Assembly (NCBI GenBank): GCA_964448095.1
Contig: CAYUUT010000001.1
Coordinates: forward strand, 29,067-93,066
Direction of reading: 5' to 3'
Length of the DNA stretch: 64,000 nucleotides
Source of the DNA: an uncultured Candidatus Saccharibacteria bacterium
Lineage (GTDB): Bacteria > Patescibacteriota > Saccharimonadia > Saccharimonadales > UBA10212
Below the pieces are notes generated by a model. That model made no database searches, was not told the origin of the DNA, and worked only from the letters and a program-made list of their open reading frames with translations. The translations under genes were made by a program, and so were the position numbers. Position 1 is the first letter of the stretch. Every line of letters begins with the position of its first letter. This document shows positions 7,635 to 15,888 of this stretch, one piece after another.

Positions 7635-9488
7635 TTATTTTGCGCTGCGGCGTCTATTTGAACGGCGGCGGGCACTTTTGGACTGTTTTGGCTTGTCTTC
7701 TAGCTGCCGGCGCAAAGAATCGGCGATTATGGGGTGGTGTTGGCTAATATTCTGCCAAAGCTGCTCCAGCAGGCTGTCAAACAGTTTAGAGCGGACTTTA
7801 GGTATCTTCTGCAGCGCGCCCAAGTTGCAGCTGAACTGAAAGCGCACGCGGTGGCCGGTAAGTGTGGCATAGGCGGCTAGTTCCGGCTCCTTGCCGGCTT
7901 GGAGCTTGCTGAACATTTCCAGACTCAGGTCAAAGCATTCTATAAATTCATTCTCCAGGCCAGCGGCTTCTATACCAGCTGGTACGTCATAACCGTAGCG
8001 CGGGGTTGGGGCTTGCAGTTGCAAACCGCTGACCAAGCCGCTGAGCAGTAGTTCTAATATCAACCCCTGTTCGGCTATAACATCCCAGCGGTAGCGCACC
8101 TGCCCCGCCAGCGCCGGGTCAATATCGGCCAAAATTGCGCTGAGCGCCTGGAACTTTTGCTCGTAATTCCAGTTTTCTATGCCGGCCTGGACTTGCTGGC
8201 GCGGTAAATCGCTGATGTCGTACAAGCTGTCGCTAAGCAGGCTGAATTCGTTATGTGGCCAAGCTTCTAGCAGCGTTACGACCTCCGTTTCGGTTGAAAT
8301 TTTAGGCGATGTTTGGCCGTGGGCCAGTTTTTCCAGCTGTTTCTTGGCTTGGTTGTGCTTGATGTCTAGTTTAGGCTCGCGCAGTTTGGAACCGTCCTTG
8401 CTGGTGTGCAAGTAGCAATAAGTCGCCATCGGCATTAGCAAGCCCAGAATTTCTTCGCTGTCGGCGGACTTCCTTTTGGCCAGCTCCTTTTCTACCTTTT
8501 GGCGATAGGCGGCGATTTGCTTCATAAACGCCTGGTATTGCTTGAGCAGACTTGGCTCCAGGCTGGGAGTGTAGTATTCCGGCTGCTTGGCGCCCATTTC
8601 TAGCCCTTCTAAATCCAGATTGCCAGACTTGGACTCTTCAATCAGCGCTAAAAGGCTTAATTTGGCTGGGCTAGCCTGTGCGGGTTGGCTAGTTGGCGTA
8701 TTTTGAGCCTTGGGCTTAGGCTCAGACCGCTCGGCTGGCTCATCAAATCTAACTACCGCGCCGCGGGCGGGCCGGTGTGGCTTTTCCGGCAGCATAGGCT
8801 TAACTATTTCCCAAATACGGTTATTAATAGCCGGGACGCTGAGTAGCCGGTCTTCATCAGTGCATTCTATAGCCTTAAAATCCCGTGGAAATAGCTGGCA
8901 GAGGGTGTCATAAGTGGCGACTGATTTACGCAGGTGCTCGATATCGGCCTCGTGCTCATCGCGCTTTTTATCGGTGTAGCTGCGTTGATTTTTATTGGCG
9001 ATTAACTGATAAGAAACTTCGGCCGGTACCCTTAGGAATAAATTGATATTCGGCCGCGGGATGCCGAGTAGTTCGAACTCCAGGCTCTCAGACCAGATGA
9101 AAAATCCGCGCTGTTCGGCCGGGTTAGTGAATTTAGAGCCCTGATGCGCCATATTTGAGCCGACGTAGCGGTTAGATAGCACTACCTTGCCGCTATCCAG
9201 AGCTTTCCTGATATCTATGGCCGCCTCGTAACGGTCGAGGGCATAGAACAGCGAGGCGCTATAGGGACTGATTTCTGAAGCCGGGCCGTAATCGCCGTTT
9301 AGGTAGCGCTGCACAAAGTGGCTGGAAGGTTGGTCATAGCGCGGAAAATCAAAGGTTTCAACATCATAGCCCACGGCTTTTAGCCGCTCGGTGAGCAGCT
9401 TGAACTGGGTTCCTTTGCCGGAGCCGTCCGAACCTTCTAAGACTATAAAAATTCCGTTATTCATATGTGGGTAGATATGCTCCGCCAA
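7635..9488 (-). CDS. tmk: dTMP kinase fused to a long C-terminal region resembling degenerate ThyX (Thy1) repeats
   Basis: The N-terminus FIVLEGSDGSGKGTQFKLLTERL ... ALDRY ... SNRYVGSNMAHQG indicates thymidylate kinase. After a Pro/Gln/Ala linker, the segments YYTPSLEP...LGLLMPMATYCYL and TPRYGYDVP...AAYATLTGHRVRFQFSCNLGAL...HHP resemble ThyX but lack the RHR motif. An ATG at 9464 is an alternative start. Confidence 0.7.
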   Translation of the reverse strand: MAEHIYPHMNNGIFIVLEGSDGSGKGTQFKLLTERLKAVGYDVETFDFPRYDQPSSHFVQRYLNGDYGPASEISPYSASLFYALDRYEAAIDIRKALDSGKVVLSNRYVGSNMAHQGSKFTNPAEQRGFFIWSESLEFELLGIPRPNINLFLRVPAEVSYQLIANKNQRSYTDKKRDEHEADIEHLRKSVATYDTLCQLFPRDFKAIECTDEDRLLSVPAINNRIWEIVKPMLPEKPHRPARGAVVRFDEPAERSEPKPKAQNTPTSQPAQASPAKLSLLALIEESKSGNLDLEGLEMGAKQPEYYTPSLEPSLLKQYQAFMKQIAAYRQKVEKELAKRKSADSEEILGLLMPMATYCYLHTSKDGSKLREPKLDIKHNQAKKQLEKLAHGQTSPKISTETEVVTLLEAWPHNEFSLLSDSLYDISDLPRQQVQAGIENWNYEQKFQALSAILADIDPALAGQVRYRWDVIAEQGLILELLLSGLVSGLQLQAPTPRYGYDVPAGIEAAGLENEFIECFDLSLEMFSKLQAGKEPELAAYATLTGHRVRFQFSCNLGALQKIPKVRSKLFDSLLEQLWQNISQHHPIIADSLRRQLEDKPKQSKSARRRSNRRRSAK

Positions 9489-9528
9489 CTGCCCACCAGC
9501 TGACTATAATTTAACCATAAACAACCGT

Positions 9529-10041
9529 TTAAGCAAATTGCTTGCCAACAATATTCCTGTCGGACTCCTTATTAAAGAGGTTTTCGCTGTCTTCCAGCAG
9601 ATAAACTCGCGTGATGCCGTTTTTGATAAGCGTGTCCCAGCAGGCCTCGCAGCACCACCAGTGCCCCCATAGATAGGCATCGGCACCCGCGGGGTCGTGG
9701 CCCGAGCGTTTGGCGTCTTCGATAGCCCGCGGTTCGCTATGGTTCTTAGGGTGGCAGCCTTCGCACAGTTCGTAGCCCTGCCCGGTTGGAATATTCAACC
9801 TTACGCGCTCGCAAACGTGCGTTTTGTGGTAATCGCTGCCGTTGGCTCCGCGGCCGATGATTTTGCCGTCTTTGACCAGCACCGTTCCAGTTGGCATAAC
9901 GTCGTCTAAGGACGAAGTCCGGGCTTTTTCCTTAGCGACTTGCATGAACTCGTTATTAGCCGGGACATAAGCAAACCGCCCCTTGGGATGCATGTAAGGG
10001 TATTTGATTTTTGTCGCGGTTTTTGCGGCTTTTGTCGTCAT
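9529..10041 (-). CDS. dCMP/cytidylate deaminase-fold protein
   Basis: VLVKDGKIIGRGANG, HSEPRAIEDA (H-x-E) and WWCCEACWDTLIKNGI (C-x-x-C), as in ComEB/dCMP deaminases. Confidence 0.7.
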   Translation of the reverse strand: MTTKAAKTATKIKYPYMHPKGRFAYVPANNEFMQVAKEKARTSSLDDVMPTGTVLVKDGKIIGRGANGSDYHKTHVCERVRLNIPTGQGYELCEGCHPKNHSEPRAIEDAKRSGHDPAGADAYLWGHWWCCEACWDTLIKNGITRVYLLEDSENLFNKESDRNIVGKQFA

Positions 10042-10098
10042 ATCTCTCTTATAAAGTATAGCAATCTTTGGCTAACATCTCTATAATTAGCCCACACG

Positions 10099-10935
10099 AT
10101 GGCGGTATTTGACGGTATATATCAGTCCCTTCTGAAGGACATTATGACTAAGGGCTCAAAGGAGCTTAACGAACGTACTGGGCACGAAACTGCTGCCCTG
10201 CCGGGCGTTAGTTTTTCGCTTGATTTAAAAAAGAACGGCTTCCCGCTGCTAAGTTTGCGCAAAATCCCCACCAAAATCCTGATTGCCGAACAGATATGGT
10301 TTATATCCGGAGCGCGCAAGCCGGCAGTCTTCCTGCGCGACTACACCCGTATTTGGGACGATTTTACCAACCCCGGCGACGTGGTTACCGTGGCCTATGG
10401 CTACCGCTGGCGGCGGCATTTTGGCCGCGACCAGCTGGGCTTGCTTATAAAACTTCTGCAGAAAGACCCTTCATCGCGCCACGGCGTGGTTGTCACCTGG
10501 GATCCGTCCAGCGACGGTCTGGGAGGTGTCAGCAAGAGCAATATTCCCTGCCCCTACACCTTTACGGTCAATATCATCGGCGGCCGGCTTAATCTGATGA
10601 ATGTCGTCCGTTCCAATGACATGATTCTTGGTTTTCCGCACGACGTCGGCGGCTTTGCCCTGTTGCAAACCATGCTGGCCCAAAAACTGGGCGTAGAAGT
10701 CGGCGTTTACACTCACACCATAGCTAACGCCCACGTCTACGACATCCACTACAATGCCGCTAAAGAGATGATTAGGCGCCCAACTAGCTCCAAAAAGATC
10801 AGCTTCGTACTCCCAGACAACAGCTTTGGCCGGGCTGAAGCTAAAGACCCATCGCTGGTTGATGAAATTAACGCCCGCTTGACGGCCCACTACAAGCCGG
10901 GCGAGCCAATCAAAGATCTGAAAATAGTTCTATAA
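10099..10935 (+). CDS. ThyA-family pyrimidine-C5 methyl/hydroxymethyl transferase with Asp at the base-specificity position
   Basis: ERTG, GFPLLSLRK, AEQIWF, AYGYRWRR, DPSSRHGVVVTWDP, catalytic IPCPYTF and VRSNDMILGFPHDVGGFALL all align with thymidylate synthase and dCMP hydroxymethylase motifs. A TATAAT lies 11 nt before the ATG. Confidence 0.8.
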   Translation: MAVFDGIYQSLLKDIMTKGSKELNERTGHETAALPGVSFSLDLKKNGFPLLSLRKIPTKILIAEQIWFISGARKPAVFLRDYTRIWDDFTNPGDVVTVAYGYRWRRHFGRDQLGLLIKLLQKDPSSRHGVVVTWDPSSDGLGGVSKSNIPCPYTFTVNIIGGRLNLMNVVRSNDMILGFPHDVGGFALLQTMLAQKLGVEVGVYTHTIANAHVYDIHYNAAKEMIRRPTSSKKISFVLPDNSFGRAEAKDPSLVDEINARLTAHYKPGEPIKDLKIVL

Positions 10936-10944
10936 TGAAAGCCT

Positions 10945-11616
10945 ATGCCAGTATTAAATAACGACGACATCCTGGACTACGTCCGCAAGGGCAAGCTTGG
11001 TTTTGATCCCCAGCTCGACCAGTTCCAGCTACAAGCCCATTCGGTAGATTTAAGGCTGGGCTTTACCTTTTTGGTGCCAAAATCCTGGCAAGTGACCGGC
11101 GAAGGCCGCGAGCAGCTACACATGGACTACTACGCCGCCGAGCGGCCGGAGCACTTTGACGTTGTTGAGCTAGAAAAGGGCCAATTCTTTGATTTGCTGC
11201 CTGGTGAGCACATCCTGGTCTCGTCCTTGGAGTCAGTCAAGGTTCCCGATGATTTGATGGCCACGATGTACCCACGCTCATCTATCAACCGCAAGGGAAT
11301 TTCCGTAGACCAAACCGGCATTGTAGACAGCGGCTATGAGGGTCAGTTGGTCATACCTATCCGCAACAATACCCGTTCGCAAACCGTGCGGCTGTATCCC
11401 GGTGAACGTTTTTGCCAATTAGTTTTCCAGAAACTCAGCGCGCCGGTGCAAGCCCGTAAAAGCCGCTATCATCAGAAAGACATAATTGAAGGCGTCGACG
11501 TCGACAGTTTAGAGGATGAACGCCAGATAGAGATAGAAAGCATCACTGCGGGCGACATAAGAAAGCTAAAGACAGACTATCCAGCAGACAAGAAAGCCGG
11601 ACGGCCTAAAAAGTAG
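10945..11616 (+). CDS. dcd: dCTP deaminase (dUTPase-fold) with a charged C-terminal extension
   Basis: HSVDLRLG, MYPRSSINRKGI, DSGYEGQLVIPIRNN, GERFCQLVF. Confidence 0.85.
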   Translation: MPVLNNDDILDYVRKGKLGFDPQLDQFQLQAHSVDLRLGFTFLVPKSWQVTGEGREQLHMDYYAAERPEHFDVVELEKGQFFDLLPGEHILVSSLESVKVPDDLMATMYPRSSINRKGISVDQTGIVDSGYEGQLVIPIRNNTRSQTVRLYPGERFCQLVFQKLSAPVQARKSRYHQKDIIEGVDVDSLEDERQIEIESITAGDIRKLKTDYPADKKAGRPKK

Positions 11617-12025
11617 CTAGCCAATCCAGAATCAACTGAGGCGCGTCGTCGCCCAGGCTCTTATATCGGATAAAACTAAACTTCTCCTCGGCCTCCGCCG
11701 CGCCCATTATTAGACGGCTAATTTTTGCATCTTTTTGGGCCAGCGCCAGGACCGGCTTATCCAGTTCGGTGGCTACACCCAATTCAAAGCCTAAACCCAG
11801 CCCAGGGTGGTCACAGATGGCGATAAAAGCGTCGCAGTGCTTGATGCAGTGGTCAATATCCCACTCATAAACGCCCTTAGGAGTACCAGCCACAAGCCCC
11901 AAAAAGTCGAAGACTTCGTAGTCTTTACCCTTAAGAACCGATTTTAGCTCCTCGACGTCTTTCTTAAAATCTTCCGGCGCGTCTGTTAGCGCGCAGCCGA
12001 TGTACAGTTTAGTCTTAGACGCCAT
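11606..12025 (-). CDS. nucleoside 2-deoxyribosyltransferase-like (Rcl/NDT family) protein
   Basis: KLYIGCAL ... DIDHCIKHCDAFIAICDHPGLGLGFELGVATELDKPVLAL matches the NDT-family pattern, including the Glu. The gene follows rplA by 13 nt. Confidence 0.55.
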   Translation of the reverse strand: MASKTKLYIGCALTDAPEDFKKDVEELKSVLKGKDYEVFDFLGLVAGTPKGVYEWDIDHCIKHCDAFIAICDHPGLGLGFELGVATELDKPVLALAQKDAKISRLIMGAAEAEEKFSFIRYKSLGDDAPQLILDWLATF

Positions 12026-12038
12026 TGTCCGTGTCTCC

Positions 12039-12950
12039 TTACGTTTGGACTTTGATGCTCGGGCCCATGGTGGTGGTCACATGGATGGATTCGACGTAAA
12101 CACCTTTTAAGCTGGCCGGTTTGGCGGCTCGAACGGCGCCTAGAACAGCTTCGCCGTTTTGGTTGAGTTTATCGGCCGTAAAACTGGCTTTGCCGATACC
12201 CACGTGGATGATTCCGGCTTGGTCAACGCGGTATTCTACACGACCGGCTTTGGCTTCGGCTACAGCTTTAGCGGTATCCTTGGCAACAGTGCCGCTTTTG
12301 GGGTTGGGCATCAGACCGCGCGGACCCAGTAATTTGGCATACTTGCCCAGCTTCGCCATGAATTCGGGGGTGGACACCAAGACGTCAAAGTCGATAGTGC
12401 CTTTATCCAGCTTGGTGAGCAAAGCTTCGTCGGCTATGGCTACTTTGACATCCTTGCCGGTGCCGGCCGGCAGCACAACGGTGCCGCGGATGTTGTGGTC
12501 GGCCTGTTTAGGGTCAACACCCAGGTTGATGTGCAGTTCTACCGTGGCATCGAATTTAGTAGGGCTAGTCTTGGTGGCCAAATCTAAAGCCTCAGCCAAG
12601 CTGTAGGTTTTGCTCTTGTCGATTTTTTTGACTAGTTCGCGATACTTCTTGCCGGCGCGCTCAGTCCGAGTGCGGGGCGGTTTTTTGGTGGCCTTAACGG
12701 CTTCGGCAGCCTTTTCGGGAGTTTTGCTGGCCTTGCGTTCTTCTTTAGCCTCTTTTTCCTCGGCTTCTTTAATAGCTTTGGGGCTGTGCTTACCAGCCTT
12801 GGTCGTAACTTTCTCGACTTCGATTTTAGCTTCCGGCGGCGCCTCAACTGGTACGGCTTCGGCTACCAATTCGGCTTCTTTGACTTGTTTTTTCTTGGTT
12901 GCTACTTTCTTTGGCGCCTTGGCGCTGGTTGATTTCTTGGCTTCTGCCAT
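12039..12950 (-). CDS. rplA: 50S ribosomal protein uL1 with a roughly 95-aa Lys/Ala/Glu-rich N-terminal extension
   Basis: GKKYRELVKKIDKSKTYSLAEALDL ... RGLMPNPKSGTV ... is typical of L1. The start is moved from the tracked 12992 to the ATG at 12950, which is preceded by AAAGGAG. Confidence 0.9.
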   Translation of the reverse strand: MAEAKKSTSAKAPKKVATKKKQVKEAELVAEAVPVEAPPEAKIEVEKVTTKAGKHSPKAIKEAEEKEAKEERKASKTPEKAAEAVKATKKPPRTRTERAGKKYRELVKKIDKSKTYSLAEALDLATKTSPTKFDATVELHINLGVDPKQADHNIRGTVVLPAGTGKDVKVAIADEALLTKLDKGTIDFDVLVSTPEFMAKLGKYAKLLGPRGLMPNPKSGTVAKDTAKAVAEAKAGRVEYRVDQAGIIHVGIGKASFTADKLNQNGEAVLGAVRAAKPASLKGVYVESIHVTTTMGPSIKVQT

Positions 12951-13032
12951 GATTGACTCCTTTGTGGTGCTAGCGCCCCTTTGGGCTCCCACTTGCTTAA
13001 CGTTTAACTATAAATTCTCTCTTGAGTATCCT

Positions 13033-13254
13033 CTACGGTTCTTGGCGGCTATTTCTTAACTCTAGAGCCCGGTATAAAACTCCTATTTTCTCGTCTTTAG
13101 CAATCTGGTCTAAATGGGGGTCGCCTTCCATAAGAACAATCTGATCAGCTATCCTGGCTGGGTCCAGGGTTGAGAAAAGCCCGATACTTAGGTGTTGACC
13201 CTCTTCATAGCTAACTGATTCGTCGTGAATAAGTTTTATCCGCTCGCCCATCAC
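13033..13254 (-). CDS. small acidic hypothetical protein between rplK and rplA
   Basis: 73-aa ORF. Its GTG-ATG start directly abuts the rplK TAA. No recognisable motif. Confidence 0.4.
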   Translation of the reverse strand: MMGERIKLIHDESVSYEEGQHLSIGLFSTLDPARIADQIVLMEGDPHLDQIAKDEKIGVLYRALELRNSRQEP

Positions 13255-13680
13255 TTACTCTATCTCAATGCCCATACTGCGGGCGGTACCGGCGACTGTT
13301 TTTTTAATCGCTTCGATGTCATCGGTGTTCATATCTTCGGCTTTGGCCTGGGCGATTTCCGTTAGTTGGGATTGGCTGAGCTTTTTATCCAGCTTGGTCT
13401 TATTGGGCTCGCCGGAGCCTTTATCTACCTTCAGGGCGGCCAAAATTAGCTCATCCGTAGGTGTGCCTACCACTCGCCAGCTCATGCTGCGGTCGTCGTA
13501 GATAGTGATGTGCACGGTTACGCTCTGGCCCATCTTGTCTTTGGTCTGTTCGTTAAACGGCGTCACAAAGTCCATCATGTTTACGCCGTACTGACCGAGG
13601 GTTGAACCGACCGGCGGCCCGGCGCTGGCCTGCCCGCCCCTAATCTTTAGTTTCAAATTCGCTTTTACTTCTTTAGCCAT
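13255..13680 (-). CDS. rplK: 50S ribosomal protein uL11
   Basis: KLKIRGGQASAGPPVGSTLGQYGVNMMDF... Confidence 0.95.
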   Translation of the reverse strand: MAKEVKANLKLKIRGGQASAGPPVGSTLGQYGVNMMDFVTPFNEQTKDKMGQSVTVHITIYDDRSMSWRVVGTPTDELILAALKVDKGSGEPNKTKLDKKLSQSQLTEIAQAKAEDMNTDDIEAIKKTVAGTARSMGIEIE

Positions 13681-13682
13681 AA

Positions 13683-14225
13683 TTAAACTCGCTTCACCTG
13701 TAAGCCGTCCAGCTCCACCGGAGTTTCGCGGCCGAACATATTAACCAATACTTTGAGCTTGCCCTTTTGGCTGTCAATTTCGTTGATCGCGCCGTCAAAG
13801 CCCTTGAACGGTCCATCGGTGATATTAACAACTTCGCCAACGCGGTAATCAAACTTGTGTTTGGGCTCTTCGCGGCCCATGCGCTTGAGGATTTTGGCGA
13901 TTTCTTCGGGCTCAACCGGTGTGGGGTCGGTGCCGGTGCCCACAAAACCGGTAACGTTCGGTGTGTTACGCACGATGTACCAGGCGTCTTCGGATAATTT
14001 CATCTCTACCAGTACGTAGCCCTGGAAAATGCGCTTTTCGACAACCTTGCGCTTGCCATTCTTGATTTCAATCATTTTTTCCTTGGGGACCAAGACCTGG
14101 AAGATTTTGTCGCCCATATCCAAACTTTCCGCGCGCTGGCGGATGCTCTCGGCGACTTTTTCTTCGTAGCCGCTGTAGGTGTGGATTGCGTACCACTGCT
14201 TGGTTGAATCGTAACGTTTAGCCAT
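13683..14225 (-). CDS. nusG: transcription termination/antitermination factor NusG
   Basis: WYAIHTYSGYEEKV (NGN domain) and the KOW segment GEVVNITDGPFKGFDGAINEID. secE-nusG-rplK synteny. Confidence 0.95.
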   Translation of the reverse strand: MAKRYDSTKQWYAIHTYSGYEEKVAESIRQRAESLDMGDKIFQVLVPKEKMIEIKNGKRKVVEKRIFQGYVLVEMKLSEDAWYIVRNTPNVTGFVGTGTDPTPVEPEEIAKILKRMGREEPKHKFDYRVGEVVNITDGPFKGFDGAINEIDSQKGKLKVLVNMFGRETPVELDGLQVKRV

Positions 14226-14232
14226 ATACTTC

Positions 14233-14643
14233 CTACCTTAAAATAAACTTCTTAAATACTTCGTCCAGAACCCGGTCAACACCGTAGACCGCGGCGCCAA
14301 AGATAAGAGCGAAAATGAATACGGCGCCGGTAAGCCGCCAGGTTTCCTTGCGGCCCGGCCAAGTCACTTGACGGACTTCGCGCCAGGAGTTGATGAAATA
14401 ACGCGGTACCAGCCATCCCAGCACTCGCTTTACTATCCGGAAAAAGCGATTGTCCGGCAAATGCACGCGGCCTCTGGGATTGAGCTTCTTAAGCGGTCTG
14501 AGCGCTTTTGACGCTGCCAGGCGGACACGCTTAGGTTTAACTGGTTTCTCGGCCTCGGCTTGAGCCTTAGCCGCTCGCTCGCGCACTGTAGGCGCGGACC
14601 TACGGATGCGCGGTCGCCTTTTAGCTGTATCTGGTTCTGCCAC
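14233..14643 (-). CDS. secE: preprotein translocase subunit SecE with a basic N-terminal extension (GTG start)
   Basis: The C-terminus FINSWREVRQVTWPGRKETWRLTGAVFIFALIFGAAVYGVD is typical of SecE. The gene lies upstream of nusG. Confidence 0.85.
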   Translation of the reverse strand: MAEPDTAKRRPRIRRSAPTVRERAAKAQAEAEKPVKPKRVRLAASKALRPLKKLNPRGRVHLPDNRFFRIVKRVLGWLVPRYFINSWREVRQVTWPGRKETWRLTGAVFIFALIFGAAVYGVDRVLDEVFKKFILR

Positions 14644-14660
14644 TTTCCCCTCTTATCAAC

Positions 14661-14690
14661 TCAAAAGGCCTACTATTAGAGTAGTAGGCC
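14661..14690 (-). terminator. rho-independent terminator after the histidine kinase gene
   Basis: 9-bp stem GGCCTACTA/TAGTAGGCC with a 6-nt loop, followed on the minus strand by UUUUGA. Confidence 0.6.
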
Positions 14691-14736
14691 ACTGCTGTCA
14701 ATCATAGCTTATTCGTTAGACTTTTGCAAGAGGCGG

Positions 14737-15849
14737 CTATACCGTGGGATCTTTCACCATGTTTGGCACGTGTAAGTGGAAGGTACTGCCCTTATTTAAC
14801 TCGCTTTCCATCTCGATGTTAGCGCCGAGTAGCTTGGCCAGCTTGGCGCTGACATATAGGCCTAGACCGGTTCCGGTAATCTGACGAACGCGCCAGTCTT
14901 CGCTGCGGAAAAACTTAGTGAACAACTTGGTGTGTTCGTTTTGGCCGATGCCAATACCGGTATCGGTAACACTGAACACAACACCGTTGGTTTCCGGACT
15001 GGCGCTTATGGTGATGCCGCCTTTCTCGGTGTATTTGAGGGCGTTAGTGATGAAGTTTTGCAGTATCTCATGGACATACAAACGATTGGTAGTAATCAGC
15101 TGCAGGCCGTCGCCAAGGTTTTGCTGCAAGGTCAATTTTTTCTGCGTCGCCTGGGGCGTGTAGTCATGCACTAGCGAGCCGACCAGCTCGCCCGGGGCGA
15201 AGGTCTCAACGCTCTGGGCGGCTTTTTCGCTATCAGCGCGTGATAGCATCGCCAAATCATTGATTAATGAACTGAGGAACAGAACTTGTTCGTGGGCCAC
15301 GGAAAGACTATGTTTTACCGGGTCTGAGGCCTTGTCGCGCTCGGCTATTAAGCGCGCGTTGCTAATACTGCCTTCGGCAATCGCCACCGGCGTACGCAGT
15401 TCATGACCAGCGACACTCACGAACTCATCGCGTTCTTCTTCCAGGCGTTTCTCGACTGTAATATCACGCATAAGTATCACATAGCCACCTTTATCCTCCT
15501 GGCCGAAGCCCAAACGCACCGGCGAAACGTTGAGTTGGATATTAATGGAGGTGTTGTCTTTGTAGCGCAGCTGCCAGTCGCGGTTAGTAAAGCCCGATGT
15601 GCTGGTGAGAATAAGTTTTTGAATATCGATTGGGTAGCCGTTTTTGTCGATGATATCAACAACCGATAGCAGTTGTTTGCCGTTTAAAACGTTGGTGTTC
15701 AAGAGCGCCAGGGCGCCGCTGTTGCTGAGAGTTATCTTGCCCAGGGCATCGACGGCCATAAAACCGTCGGCCATGTTATTGACCAATGCCAACAGCTGTT
15801 GATGCTCACTGCTGGGTTGAGTTGTGGTTCCACCGTCTAATATAGCCAT
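14737..15849 (-). CDS. cytoplasmic PAS-domain sensor histidine kinase (no adjacent response regulator)
   Basis: H-box VAGHELRTPVAIAEG, N-box FITNALKYT, and G-boxes VTDTGIGI and GTGLGLYV. A PAS-like N-terminus and no TM segment. Confidence 0.85.
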   Translation of the reverse strand: MAILDGGTTTQPSSEHQQLLALVNNMADGFMAVDALGKITLSNSGALALLNTNVLNGKQLLSVVDIIDKNGYPIDIQKLILTSTSGFTNRDWQLRYKDNTSINIQLNVSPVRLGFGQEDKGGYVILMRDITVEKRLEEERDEFVSVAGHELRTPVAIAEGSISNARLIAERDKASDPVKHSLSVAHEQVLFLSSLINDLAMLSRADSEKAAQSVETFAPGELVGSLVHDYTPQATQKKLTLQQNLGDGLQLITTNRLYVHEILQNFITNALKYTEKGGITISASPETNGVVFSVTDTGIGIGQNEHTKLFTKFFRSEDWRVRQITGTGLGLYVSAKLAKLLGANIEMESELNKGSTFHLHVPNMVKDPTV

Positions 15850-15888
15850 AAGCTGCTTATAGCTTATTATGCCACAGCCCGTGCGATT

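Noticed and set aside
12951-12992. Tracked N-terminal extensions of rplA (to 12992), rpoA (to 32426), rplW (to 43440), the 29636 ORF (to 30037), the 57083 ORF (to 57415) and the 57787 ORF (to 58116)
   Set aside because: In each case the extension overlaps the upstream gene or a terminator hairpin. An internal ATG with a good SD or a stop-adjacent position gives the expected conserved N-terminus.
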